Shown here in pieces: positions 1 to 9,588 of a stretch of DNA of 64,000 nucleotides. Every line of letters begins with the position of its first letter. Within the stretch, counting starts at the first letter, position 1. Origin of the DNA: a virus; IMG/VR virus record IMGVR_UViG_3300017917_000894, positions 8,294 through 72,293 of that record. One strand, written 5' to 3'. A program made the position numbers and the translations under genes. Below the pieces are notes generated by a model. That model was not told the DNA's origin, did no database searches, and saw nothing but the letters and a program-made list of their open reading frames with translations.

Positions 1-884
1 AAGCAGAAGGTTGGGCATTCGGTGGTGCTAACATGTGTAAAATGGATATCACGCTCAAGCGTCTAATGACGCTTCGCGAAGACGGTTTGCTGAAAGGCAA
101 AAATTGGATCCACTTCCTGGGCACCGCTCAGTTAGATTGGAGTTGCTACTTAACTTTAATTCAAAGGGAAATTAGGAAACATATCAATGAAGAAATTACC
201 ATATCTTTTGACTGCGCCTCACCGTTTATCGCAACAGCACACGGACTTGTCTACACAAACGCAGTCCACACGCCAAAGAGGTGGAGTGTTATTATGGACA
301 AAGCCCCAGATAACAAAGCACTTGCAGGCAGCGACATCCCATTCCCATTCGAAAGTGAAGTCGGTCGCAGAATGACGTTAGGTGACATCTGTCACTATGC
401 TCCGGGTATGTTGAACAAGATTGGAAAAGAAGGTAAGACCTCGTGGGATAGTTTTGCTTACGCTCTCATGATGGGTCATAATGTTTATTGCCACATAGTG
501 GCCGTTCAACGTGCTCAGCAATTAATGGATATCGAAATTGCTAAAACTAAAGGAAAAATTAATTGGCGTGCTTGGAAAAAGGTCAAAGCTCAAGATATGA
601 GCGACGAATACAGTGACTGGGTTCCTCGAAATATTCTTTACTTTGCAAATTTTATCGAAGATCTGTTTAATACAAAAACTAAAGCCGATGCGTTTGATAT
701 GATTGAACAAGCTGGTCCATTTTTACGTTCGTTAGAAGGTGCTCGACTACAGGGAGGTCCTGCACAAAACAAATTCAATAGCCTATTTGAAATTGAAGAA
801 GTTACTAAGCAAGAAGAAATTGATCTTGCCAATCCAGATGATGACGAACTCCGCGCTTTAGAAGAAAGTGTCACAGGAGAATGA
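1..884 (+). CDS. dpdA: TGT-fold transglycosylase, DpdA-like (7-deazaguanine DNA insertion enzyme); 5'-truncated by the window edge
   Basis: The frame is open upstream of the ATG at 33 (AEGWAFGGANMCK...). It has TGT-like motifs GWAFGG, HFLG and ISFDCASP, and lies next to QueD-like and QueE genes. Confidence 0.65.
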   Translation, partial: AEGWAFGGANMCKMDITLKRLMTLREDGLLKGKNWIHFLGTAQLDWSCYLTLIQREIRKHINEEITISFDCASPFIATAHGLVYTNAVHTPKRWSVIMDKAPDNKALAGSDIPFPFESEVGRRMTLGDICHYAPGMLNKIGKEGKTSWDSFAYALMMGHNVYCHIVAVQRAQQLMDIEIAKTKGKINWRAWKKVKAQDMSDEYSDWVPRNILYFANFIEDLFNTKTKADAFDMIEQAGPFLRSLEGARLQGGPAQNKFNSLFEIEEVTKQEEIDLANPDDDELRALEESVTGE

Positions 885-885
885 C

Positions 886-1194
886 ATGATTACTAAAGAT
901 GAAGCATACGATATTATTCAACAAATCAATGAAAATGCCCATCAACAAGCATGGGATACATGGGAAGAAGCTGATAATCTAATGGAATCAGATGACGAAG
1001 ATGATTGGGAAGCTGCTGAGGAGCTTCGAGATCAAGCATCTACAGAACAATCCAATTATTTTAAAGAAGAGTTCGAGTCGTTAGACGAAGAAACTCAAGA
1101 AGCAATAATGCATTATGTCGACACAGATGAATCTTTTAGAGAAGAATTTGTAATGTGGTACGGTGAAGATAACTTCGATTCTGATTTCAATTAA
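886..1194 (+). CDS. Small, very acidic hypothetical protein (possible DNA mimic)
   Basis: AGGAG RBS before the ATG at 886; about one third D/E and only 4 K/R in 102 aa. Confidence 0.75.
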   Translation: MITKDEAYDIIQQINENAHQQAWDTWEEADNLMESDDEDDWEAAEELRDQASTEQSNYFKEEFESLDEETQEAIMHYVDTDESFREEFVMWYGEDNFDSDFN

Positions 1195-1203
1195 AGGACA
1201 AAT

Positions 1204-1620
1204 ATGGCTACCTGGAAAATTCAAAACTATCATAAAAAGAATGCCGTCGAAAGACAATTCTGGTCCAAGGACGGAGTTACTGTAACTAAAGACGAAGGGT
1301 TTCGTTGGGGAACGTGGACCTGCGAAAGCGAAGAAAAACCCGATATTGATCTAAATAACCCCGAGGGGTATGAAGTATTATTCGGTGACTATGATTGGGA
1401 AATGGAAGATATGAACGACGGCTGTTGGGTTGAATGGACGTTCCCAGACGATATGCCCGAAGAAGAGCAAGAGCGTATTCAAGCACTCTGGGACGAAGAT
1501 TGGTTTGAAGGTCTCGAAGGCGATGGTTGGTCTAACGACGATACTGAGCACTGGATCTACGGTCCTATTCAACTAACCAATGTAGACACCGGCGAAGAAT
1601 TCATCGGAGGAGAAGAATAA
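1204..1620 (+). CDS. Acidic Trp-rich hypothetical protein
   Basis: AAGGA RBS; 138-aa ORF in a tightly packed operon. Confidence 0.8.
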   Translation: MATWKIQNYHKKNAVERQFWSKDGVTVTKDEGFRWGTWTCESEEKPDIDLNNPEGYEVLFGDYDWEMEDMNDGCWVEWTFPDDMPEEEQERIQALWDEDWFEGLEGDGWSNDDTEHWIYGPIQLTNVDTGEEFIGGEE

Positions 1621-1856
1621 TGGCAACAAAGAAAAAAGCTGAATCTAAACCTACAAAATCTTTACGACAAGTAGAATGGCCCCAAGTAGAAAAGGGCTCA
1701 CACCTTACCGTTTATACTTACGAAAATGGAACGACGACGCTCGAATGGGACGACGAAGCACTGTTAAGAGATGTCCAAAATGCGTTGACAGAGTATGAAA
1801 ACTCTGCTAAAGTTAGTACTGTTAAAACTAAACGCAAGAAGAAAAATGAAGCGTGA
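1620..1856 (+). CDS. Hypothetical protein
   Basis: TAATG stop/start coupling with the upstream gene; 78 aa. Confidence 0.7.
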   Translation: MATKKKAESKPTKSLRQVEWPQVEKGSHLTVYTYENGTTTLEWDDEALLRDVQNALTEYENSAKVSTVKTKRKKKNEA

Positions 1857-2358
1857 TTACGAGAGTGGGTCCGAAAAAGATGTAGTATTCTTTTTCGGAC
1901 AAGAAGTCGAACACACACCCGCATTCGGTATGGACACTTTGTTTGTAACCGGTATCCAATCTATTACAACAATCGAATCAAAACTGCGTCCTCATATTAA
2001 ACATATTTTCTTCGGAGCTAATCACAGCTTCAATCCACAGACACCAGAAGAACATAGTCGATGGGAAGAAATGATTTATCACTTTCTTGACAAAGATTAT
2101 CTATGTTCATTAGATATTCCGATTAATCAAGTCGAAGAATTTCACGAAAGCGGCTATTGCGAATACGATAATTTTATTCCCCAGATCCGTGTACCAATTC
2201 CGTATATTCGTCTGTGGAACTACAATACTATGTTAAAAATCGACGATAAAGATTTTAAAGCAACCAATCCAGGTGTATGGTCACACAGTCTACATACACT
2301 AATGGATAGAAAAAATTTTACTGACTGGACAAAATACAAAGGGGATAAAATTCTATGA
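1846..2358 (+). CDS. Hypothetical protein within the modification cluster
   Basis: Likely start is the ATG at 1846, overlapping the upstream ORF. Globular sequence with EVEHTP and HIFFGANHSF segments. Confidence 0.75.
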   Translation: MKRDYESGSEKDVVFFFGQEVEHTPAFGMDTLFVTGIQSITTIESKLRPHIKHIFFGANHSFNPQTPEEHSRWEEMIYHFLDKDYLCSLDIPINQVEEFHESGYCEYDNFIPQIRVPIPYIRLWNYNTMLKIDDKDFKATNPGVWSHSLHTLMDRKNFTDWTKYKGDKIL

Positions 2359-2534
2359 TTACATCTAAAGTTACAAAACAAGCCGACAAATTGAGCACCG
2401 AGGAGAAGTTCCTAAAGTTGCTCGAAGGTATTGACTGGAAGTTGTGGGAAATTTATAATATGATGAAAGACAACCTTCCAGAAAAGCCCAAGGCTCTGTC
2501 CAAGCCAAGAAATACTGCTAAAAAAGGTGAATAA
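2355..2534 (+). CDS. Small hypothetical protein (59 aa, not in the ORF track)
   Basis: ATGA overlap with the upstream stop and TAATG overlap with the next start. Translates MITSKVTKQADKLSTEEKFLKLLEGIDWKLWEIYN... Confidence 0.7.
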   Translation: MITSKVTKQADKLSTEEKFLKLLEGIDWKLWEIYNMMKDNLPEKPKALSKPRNTAKKGE

Positions 2535-2737
2535 TGACCGAAGCTATTATCAAAGATAGTGCCGGATTTAGACTTTCTATTAAAAAGTGGAAATGTCTAA
2601 GACCTGCCGATATGAATGCTGTTGAATTTATTCAACAATCTAAAAATAAAGACGGCGAGGTTGATATGTCATCCACGTATCAATTTTTTATGACCGATAA
2701 CGAAATTCAACTTCTTTGCAAAGAATTGATCAAATGA
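2534..2737 (+). CDS. Hypothetical protein
   Basis: 67-aa ORF translationally coupled on both sides. Confidence 0.7.
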   Translation: MTEAIIKDSAGFRLSIKKWKCLRPADMNAVEFIQQSKNKDGEVDMSSTYQFFMTDNEIQLLCKELIK

Positions 2738-3120
2738 GCAATGAACTTAATATGATATGGGTTACCTTTCGTAAAGAAGGTATTCACATGTATCCGGCAG
2801 CAAATTATGACCCTAGACTTAAAACAGGCGACGAATACGACGTTAGTTTCCTCGGTACTCCGCATCGTCACATCTTCCATTTTAAAGTCTACATTCAAGT
2901 ATTTCACGATGATCGTGATATTGAGTTTATTCAGTTTAAACGTTGGCTAGAAAAGTGCTACAACGATGGCACACTTGAGCTCAACCACAAATCCTGCGAG
3001 ATGATTAGCCATGATCTTCATGCAATCATTAAAGCAAGATATCCGGCTCGCGAGATCTGGATTGACGTAAGTGAAGACGGCGAAAATGGCTGCTTCATTA
3101 AATTTCCATCAACTCTTTAA
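2734..3120 (+). CDS. dpdL: QueD-paralogous T-fold protein, DpdL-like (putative 7-carboxy-7-deazaguanine decarboxylase)
   Basis: LGTPHRHIF fits LxxxHRHxF rather than the QueD CxxxHGH motif. Also has SCE and VSEDGEN T-fold segments and a dpdA/queE context. Confidence 0.65.
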   Translation: MSNELNMIWVTFRKEGIHMYPAANYDPRLKTGDEYDVSFLGTPHRHIFHFKVYIQVFHDDRDIEFIQFKRWLEKCYNDGTLELNHKSCEMISHDLHAIIKARYPAREIWIDVSEDGENGCFIKFPSTL

Positions 3121-3137
3121 TTCAAACATAAAATAAA

Positions 3138-3359
3138 ATGGCACAACCTGCTTATATTCAAAAAACTCTTCGTATGAAACCGGAAGTTGAAAAGATCTTT
3201 GATGACCTCGATGCGTGGCTCGATCATTGTCGATTTAATCTTCTTAATTATGATCCTAGGGATCTTTACAGAAGTAAAGAATATAAAGAATTTGCTCGTG
3301 GGCAAAATTACTCCTATTCCGATAGAAGGCCTCGTAAATTTAATAAGAGCAAAGAATGA
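3138..3359 (+). CDS. Hypothetical protein
   Basis: 73-aa ORF overlapping the next start (ATGA). Confidence 0.7.
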   Translation: MAQPAYIQKTLRMKPEVEKIFDDLDAWLDHCRFNLLNYDPRDLYRSKEYKEFARGQNYSYSDRRPRKFNKSKE

Positions 3360-4429
3360 CAATCTTTCTTATTGATATCGAAGCAGTAGAAACTCGATAC
3401 ACAGGACAATGGAAAAAGCATGTACCAGAACTTCTTAAAAGGACAGGACATCAAATTCAAGTTATCAGTGGTCCTGAAGATATTCCTAGTGCCACTACTC
3501 CTGGCGCCTTTCTCAATTTTGGTGGGACTAATATCTATAAGTCTAGCCAAGTTGAGCAAATGGGTCGTTTATTTTGCTCCGGAGCAATTAAGCCTGGCGA
3601 TCATTTTTTGTTTACTGATGCTTGGCATCCTGGCATCATTAATCTAAAATACATGAGCGAACTTCTTGGCATTCCTGTCAAGATTCATGCTCTGTGGCAC
3701 GCTGGGTCATATGATCCTCAAGACTTTTTAGGTAGACTCATCGGTAATACTCCGTGGGTTAGACATGCTGAGAAAAGCTTCTTTCAAGCTATTGACTATA
3801 ACTACTTTGCTACTAAGTTTCATATCGAAATGTTCATGGAAAACCTGCTAAATGTTGATTTTAGAACAGGTGCTATGAGATATATGAACGACGGTACAAT
3901 TGTACAAACTGGTTGGCCAATGGAATATATGGACGATGCTCTTACGGTATATAAGAATATGCCTAAAAGAGATCTTATTCTATTTCCACATCGTATAGCA
4001 CCTGAGAAGCAAGTTGAGATATTTAGAGATCTCAAAGAACAGCTACCACAATATGAATTCATTGTATGTCAAGATCAACAATTGACTAAAAATGAATATC
4101 ATAACTTGTTAGGAGAAAGTAAGATTGTCTTTAGTGCTAATCTTCAAGAAACACTAGGTATCAGTTGTTATGAAGGTGCTATTGTTGATGCTATTCCAAT
4201 GGTTCCAGATCGACTAAGCTATAGTGAAATGTATCACGAAGGATTTAAATATCCCTCGGAATGGACTAAAGATTGGAATAGCTATCTTGCACACAGACAA
4301 CAATTATGTCATCATATCATTGTGACTATGACTCATTATGAAAAACGTATTCCGCAGGTAAGAAAACTTGCCAGCGATCTTAAAGAATACTTTTTTAGTG
4401 CAGACAAATTATTGGAAAATCTAAAATGA
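3356..4429 (+). CDS. GT-B fold (GT4-like) glycosyltransferase
   Basis: C-terminal FPHRIAPEKQ and QETLGISCYEG resemble the GT4 R..K and ExxG...E sugar-nucleotide motifs; 357 aa. Confidence 0.75.
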   Translation: MTIFLIDIEAVETRYTGQWKKHVPELLKRTGHQIQVISGPEDIPSATTPGAFLNFGGTNIYKSSQVEQMGRLFCSGAIKPGDHFLFTDAWHPGIINLKYMSELLGIPVKIHALWHAGSYDPQDFLGRLIGNTPWVRHAEKSFFQAIDYNYFATKFHIEMFMENLLNVDFRTGAMRYMNDGTIVQTGWPMEYMDDALTVYKNMPKRDLILFPHRIAPEKQVEIFRDLKEQLPQYEFIVCQDQQLTKNEYHNLLGESKIVFSANLQETLGISCYEGAIVDAIPMVPDRLSYSEMYHEGFKYPSEWTKDWNSYLAHRQQLCHHIIVTMTHYEKRIPQVRKLASDLKEYFFSADKLLENLK

Positions 4430-4902
4430 AATGGTTGTTAAATACATTAGAACGATTAGGTCGTAAACGAATTGTATTAGATAGACAAAGCAATGAGCCG
4501 TATCTCGAACGTTATTATGTATTTCTCCGCGACAGAAAGCGGTTTCCATTCAATGTGTTCCTGCACAAGTTTCTTAAATCAGATCCCGATGATGTGCATG
4601 ATCATCCATGGCCTTACGCTACTTTAATTCTTAAAGGCGGATATTACGAATGGATTCCGCAGTTCGCCGCTAACGGTAAAAAAATCGGTGAAGTACGAAA
4701 GTGGCGCGGCCCCGGTCATTTCCGTGTATGCAGTGCTACTTCTTACCATCGTATTGAGCTGTGCGAAAGTGTAGAGTGTTGGACACTGTTCATGCCGGGA
4801 CCTCAAAAAAGAGAATGGGGATTCTTAGTTCCTGGTCAAGAACACGATCGTTGGATTCACAACGATATCTATCTAACTCACAGAGCTATCAAAAATGATT
4901 GA
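4426..4902 (+). CDS. Cupin-fold protein
   Basis: HDHPW...ILKGGYYE...YHRI is a cupin-type His motif. Confidence 0.65.
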   Translation: MKWLLNTLERLGRKRIVLDRQSNEPYLERYYVFLRDRKRFPFNVFLHKFLKSDPDDVHDHPWPYATLILKGGYYEWIPQFAANGKKIGEVRKWRGPGHFRVCSATSYHRIELCESVECWTLFMPGPQKREWGFLVPGQEHDRWIHNDIYLTHRAIKND

Positions 4903-5278
4903 TACAATTTTTAATCATCTCCCTAACGATAAAGATGACAGTAATGCTCCATGGAATAATATTGTAAAAGAAGATTTTCATGTTGCAGTTTATCTCGATA
5001 AGTATCCCGTAAATCCAGGTCATCTTTTATTTGTCCCGAAGTATAACACCATCGGAGTTCTTCGTGAAGCATTTGAAGATGCCGTGCGTCACGGAAAAAA
5101 CAAAGTCGACGACGGTGAATGGGACGGATTTAATATTGGCCTTAATTACGGTAGAGCAGCAGGACAAACGGTTGATTGGCCGCATATCCATCTAATTCCG
5201 CGATTTAAAGGAGATATGGAAGACCCCACTGGGGGCGTTCGCCATGTTATTCCGGAAAAGGGAAACTATAAAAAATGA
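4895..5278 (+). CDS. HIT family nucleotide hydrolase
   Basis: [15 protein letters not shown] and [16 protein letters not shown]; the first His of HxHxH is replaced by Trp. Confidence 0.85.
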   Translation: MIDTIFNHLPNDKDDSNAPWNNIVKEDFHVAVYLDKYPVNPGHLLFVPKYNTIGVLREAFEDAVRHGKNKVDDGEWDGFNIGLNYGRAAGQTVDWPHIHLIPRFKGDMEDPTGGVRHVIPEKGNYKK

Positions 5279-6378
5279 GAATCGAAGACGAAGTCAAACT
5301 CGATTTTAAAGACGTGCTTATCCGCCCTAAGCGTAGCACACTATCAAGTCGTAAAGAAGTTGAACTAAAACGTACATATAAATTTAAACACAGTGGCTGG
5401 GAGTGGACCGGTGTTCCTGTCATGGCTGCTAATATGGACGGAGTCGGCACATTTGACATGGCCGCAGAATTGTACGAACACAGGATGTTTACATGTCTTG
5501 TTAAAAGTTATTCTTTAGAAGACTTTGTCAATAAACAAGAAATTACATTCGGCAATTACTGTGCTGTAAGTACAGGCACTAGTGATCGCGACTGGACTAA
5601 GCTTCAACAGATATTAAATACTTTTCCAGAATTACATTTTGTCTGTATTGATGTGGCTAACGGTTACAGTGAGCACTTCGGCGACTTTGTTGCTAAAGTT
5701 CGAGAAAGATACCCAACACATACAATTATCGCAGGAAATGTAGTTACTGCTGATATGACACAGGAGTTAATTCTACGTGGAGCCGATATTGTTAAAGTGG
5801 GCATTGGCCCTGGTAGCGTTTGTACTACTCGTATTCAAACTGGCGTTGGCTATCCTCAGCTTTCTGCAATCATCGAATGTGCGGACGCTGCTCATGGTCT
5901 TGGTGGACACATTATTGCTGATGGCGGTTGTGCTTGTCCTGGGGATGTCGCTAAAGCCTTCGGAGCTGGCGCAGATTTTGTAATGCTAGGTGGCATGTTA
6001 GCCGGTCATGATGAAGGCGGTGGCAATGTGATCACTAAGTATATCAAAACTAATGAACTAGATCCGATTCCGAGAATGAGCGGTATCGATTACAACTACG
6101 AATTTCCTAAAATTGAAGAAAAGAAATTTATACAATTTTACGGAATGAGCTCAGACACTGCAATGAATAAGCACAGCGGTGGAGTAGCTGAATACCGGAG
6201 TAGTGAAGGAAGGACTGTATCTATCCCTTATAAGGGTGCTGTAAAAAACACTGTGTTAGATCTTCTTGGAGGATTGCGTAGCACCTGCACTTATGTAGGA
6301 GCACCTAGCCTAAAACAGTTGAGTAAATGCACTACATTTATTAGAGTCAATAGACAAATTAACGATGTTTTTCTATAA
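5275..6378 (+). CDS. guaC: GMP reductase
   Basis: [40 protein letters not shown] and YRSSEG are GuaC type 1 signatures. Confidence 0.93.
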   Translation: MRIEDEVKLDFKDVLIRPKRSTLSSRKEVELKRTYKFKHSGWEWTGVPVMAANMDGVGTFDMAAELYEHRMFTCLVKSYSLEDFVNKQEITFGNYCAVSTGTSDRDWTKLQQILNTFPELHFVCIDVANGYSEHFGDFVAKVRERYPTHTIIAGNVVTADMTQELILRGADIVKVGIGPGSVCTTRIQTGVGYPQLSAIIECADAAHGLGGHIIADGGCACPGDVAKAFGAGADFVMLGGMLAGHDEGGGNVITKYIKTNELDPIPRMSGIDYNYEFPKIEEKKFIQFYGMSSDTAMNKHSGGVAEYRSSEGRTVSIPYKGAVKNTVLDLLGGLRSTCTYVGAPSLKQLSKCTTFIRVNRQINDVFL

Positions 6379-7263
6379 GAGAAATTTTGTTATTTGTTGA
6401 TCTGCTCCATTGATACAAGAAATCATTTTACAAACCTGCGGTTCAACAGGCAATTCGAAACTTTTAAAAATATTTCCGTATTGCCCGTTGTTACAATTGC
6501 TTCCGTTAAGCCAACCGTCATGTGAAATACGTATTGTTTCAATCCCTAAATTACACAATTGACCTGTAAAACTAGGATTGTTTGCTACTGCTAGATCTTG
6601 TTTTTCCACAAATGTCAAGGGAACTTCTCTAAAATTATTTTCAACCCACTCTTTTCCAAAGAGTATTTCTTGTTGCTCTTTAGTATAAGGGTAAAGACCC
6701 CCGAAGGTATCGGCCTGTATATACAGCGGAGTTTTGTTAACATAAATTCCATGTTCTTGTTCTAAATCACTAGCCCGTCGGCAGTCTTGCTCAAAAAAGT
6801 CATGCCTTATAGGCACCGAAATATTTAGAGTTTTATTTTTACTTTGAAATATCTGTATAATAAATCTAACTAAATTAGGATTTTGCCAATAGTGATAGGT
6901 TAGATCTAGATGATCAATATAAGGTTCTACTGCCCACCAGTTTAACCACATCTTTCCGCCGGCAGTTTTCAAATACATTGTAGAGTTTTCTGTTTTACAG
7001 ATTTTTAACAATTCGGGAAAATCAAAAAATTCTAATAACTCTCCTCCGTCAAAATTCCAATGTATGGCCCTATCTAATCGTGCATAATGATCAACAATTC
7101 TTCTAGCTACAATTAAATAGGTTTCAATGCTTTCTGGCTTATCGCCGCCCCAAAATTTTGACGGGCAATAAGAACAACCACCTGTACAATAATTGGTTAT
7201 GTTCCAAAAAACTTTTACGTGTTTATTCATAAGTTCTAAATAATGTTGACTTTTATTCAACAT
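6373..7263 (-). CDS. Radical SAM protein with a C-terminal Cys cluster (start may be 7230)
   Basis: CTGGCSYC (CxxxCxxC), GGE motif, and C-terminal CNLG..CNNG..CKMISC (SPASM/twitch-like). Confidence 0.8.
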   Translation of the reverse strand: MLNKSQHYLELMNKHVKVFWNITNYCTGGCSYCPSKFWGGDKPESIETYLIVARRIVDHYARLDRAIHWNFDGGELLEFFDFPELLKICKTENSTMYLKTAGGKMWLNWWAVEPYIDHLDLTYHYWQNPNLVRFIIQIFQSKNKTLNISVPIRHDFFEQDCRRASDLEQEHGIYVNKTPLYIQADTFGGLYPYTKEQQEILFGKEWVENNFREVPLTFVEKQDLAVANNPSFTGQLCNLGIETIRISHDGWLNGSNCNNGQYGNIFKSFELPVEPQVCKMISCINGADQQITKFLL

Positions 7264-7274
7264 TCAGTTAATAT
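7246..7274 (+). promoter_or_regulatory. Sigma70-type promoter upstream of queE
   Basis: TTGACT-17 nt-TAATAT. Confidence 0.45.
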
Positions 7275-7298
7275 TGTAATTATCATTAAAGGTAAAGA

Positions 7299-8153
7299 AT
7301 GGCTAAAATTAAAATAAGCGAACTATTTTATAGTATCCAAGGCGAAGGACGGTACATGGGTGTACCTAGTGTCTTTTTAAGAACATTCGGATGTAATTTT
7401 ACATGCGACGGATTCGGTATGCCGAGAGGCGAGAAAACTAACGAACGACATGCTATTGCAGAGCGTGTCTTAGAATTTAAACAATATCGAGACCTGCCTC
7501 TTGTAAGCACCGGGTGCGATTCTTATGCCAGTTGGGATCCTAGATTCAAAGACCTTTCTCCATTGCTCACAACAGACAGTATTGCAGAAAGTATCTGCGA
7601 AATATTGCCACACAAGGAATGGCGAGATGAACATTTAGTTATTACCGGCGGCGAACCTTTGCTTGGCTGGCAGAAACAATATCCTGCATTGTTAGATCAC
7701 CCTAAGATGCAGAATCTTAAAGAGATTACGTTTGAGACTAATGGCACAATGAGGCTAACTAGTGCATTTAAAGAATACCTAGTTAAATGGCTAATGCCTC
7801 GTCCAGAATTTGAAAGAGAAATTACCTTTAGTGTCAGTGCTAAACTGCCAGTTAGTGGAGAACCGTGGGACGATGCTATCAAACCCGAAGTAGTCTGTGA
7901 TTATGAAAATTACGGAACGGTATATCTAAAATTTGTTATTGCTACAGAACAAGACTTTGCTGATGCAGAGTGTGCAATTGCCGCATATCGCAGTGCAGGA
8001 TTTACTGGACATGTTTATCTAATGCCAGTTGGCGGAGTGGAAAGCGTATACAGTCTTAATAATCGTCGTGTAGCGGAATTAGCAATGAAACACGGATTGA
8101 GATATTCAGACCGATTACAGGTTCCGTTGTTTAAAAATGAGTGGGGTACCTAA
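7299..8153 (+). CDS. queE: 7-carboxy-7-deazaguanine synthase (radical SAM)
   Basis: ELFYSIQGEG, FLRTFGCNFTC...CDS, ITGGEP, ETNGT and RLQ. Confidence 0.9.
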   Translation: MAKIKISELFYSIQGEGRYMGVPSVFLRTFGCNFTCDGFGMPRGEKTNERHAIAERVLEFKQYRDLPLVSTGCDSYASWDPRFKDLSPLLTTDSIAESICEILPHKEWRDEHLVITGGEPLLGWQKQYPALLDHPKMQNLKEITFETNGTMRLTSAFKEYLVKWLMPRPEFEREITFSVSAKLPVSGEPWDDAIKPEVVCDYENYGTVYLKFVIATEQDFADAECAIAAYRSAGFTGHVYLMPVGGVESVYSLNNRRVAELAMKHGLRYSDRLQVPLFKNEWGT

Positions 8154-8599
8154 TGCAAAAACTTGTAAGAAAATTTTTCGGTATTGATAAAATTGAATCC
8201 GAAATAGCAGAAGCTACTAGACAAAAATTAGAAGCAGAAGTTGCCGCAAAGGAAGCTCTCAAAGCCGCCGATTTGGCAAAAGAACAAGAACGACTAGCAA
8301 AATTAACACCTAAAGAATTAGCCACCGAAAATAAAGAACCTTGGGTAGCCGTTTTAGATACTCATGTAAACAAAGACAATATTAGAAATGGTTTTTTCGA
8401 ACTTGACTGGAATGAGTATTTTGTGTTAGAATTAAGACAAGCTGGATACACTGGCGAAACTGAAGAAGCTGTAGTAGATCAATGGTTCCAAGAACTTTGT
8501 AGGAATGTTGGCGCCGAAGCTAACATTAATATGGATCGTAGAGGCAGCGGATTTATCAATGTAAACAATTTAGGCGACGGACGTTCGGAAATTAGTTAA
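8153..8599 (+). CDS. Hypothetical protein
   Basis: TAATG-coupled ATG at 8153; N-terminal coiled segment followed by EPWV...GFFELDWN. Confidence 0.75.
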   Translation: MQKLVRKFFGIDKIESEIAEATRQKLEAEVAAKEALKAADLAKEQERLAKLTPKELATENKEPWVAVLDTHVNKDNIRNGFFELDWNEYFVLELRQAGYTGETEEAVVDQWFQELCRNVGAEANINMDRRGSGFINVNNLGDGRSEIS

Positions 8600-9588
8600 T
8601 GAAAACTTACATTCTGGTTGACACTGCAAATACATTTTTTAGAGCTCGGCATGTTGTTCGGGGGAGTCTTGAAGACAAAGTTGGTATGAGCTTACATACT
8701 GTTCTCGGCAGTGTTCGCAAGGCTTGGCGAGATTTTAATGGCGATCACGTGGTGTTCTGTCTCGAAGGCAGATCGTGGCGTAAGGATTACTACGAACCCT
8801 ATAAGCGTCAACGTTCCGAAGCTCGTGCCGCACAGAGTCCTAGAGAAGCAGAAGAAGATCGAGTGTTCTGGGAAACTTTTGATCAGTTCAAAGATTTTGT
8901 TATCAATAAAACTAATACCACGGTATTGCATAATACTCAGCTCGAAGCCGATGATCTTATTGCAGGCTGGATTAGATTGCACCCGCACGATAATCACGTT
9001 GTCATTAGTACGGATGGAGACTTTGCACAACTGATTGCGCCCAATGTACGACAGTACAACGGTGTCACTGGAATTACTACCACACACGAAGGGTACTTTG
9101 ACGAAAAAGGTAAACCTGTTGTAGATAAGAAAACTAAACAAGTAAAGCCGGCACCTGATCCAGAATGGCTGCTATTTGAAAAATGCATGAGAGGAGATCC
9201 CAGTGACAATATCTTTAGTGCGTATCCGGGTGTAAGAGAAAAAGGAACCAAATCTAAGGTCGGTCTTAGAGAAGCGTTTGCTGATCGAAATACAAAAGGA
9301 TACAACTGGAATAATCTCATGCTCCAACGATGGGTAGACCATGAAGGAGTAGAGCACCGAGTACTCGACGATTATTCAAGAAACAGTATGCTCTGCGATC
9401 TGACTGCACAGCCAGAAAATATTAAACAAATTATCGATCAAACTATTTTAGCCGAAGAACACAAGGTTAAAAATATAGCCCAGGTAGGTATTAGACTACT
9501 TAAATTTTGTTCTGAATATGATCTTCAAAAGATCAGTGAACAAGTGCAGAGCTATGCAGAACCGTTGAATGCGAGGTACGCCGAATGA
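8599..9588 (+). CDS. rnh: T4-like RNase H / 5'-3' flap exonuclease
   Basis: ILVD, SWRKDYY..YK..R, EADDLIA, STDGDFAQL and GDPSDNI are FEN/PIN motifs. Confidence 0.9.
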   Translation: MKTYILVDTANTFFRARHVVRGSLEDKVGMSLHTVLGSVRKAWRDFNGDHVVFCLEGRSWRKDYYEPYKRQRSEARAAQSPREAEEDRVFWETFDQFKDFVINKTNTTVLHNTQLEADDLIAGWIRLHPHDNHVVISTDGDFAQLIAPNVRQYNGVTGITTTHEGYFDEKGKPVVDKKTKQVKPAPDPEWLLFEKCMRGDPSDNIFSAYPGVREKGTKSKVGLREAFADRNTKGYNWNNLMLQRWVDHEGVEHRVLDDYSRNSMLCDLTAQPENIKQIIDQTILAEEHKVKNIAQVGIRLLKFCSEYDLQKISEQVQSYAEPLNARYAE

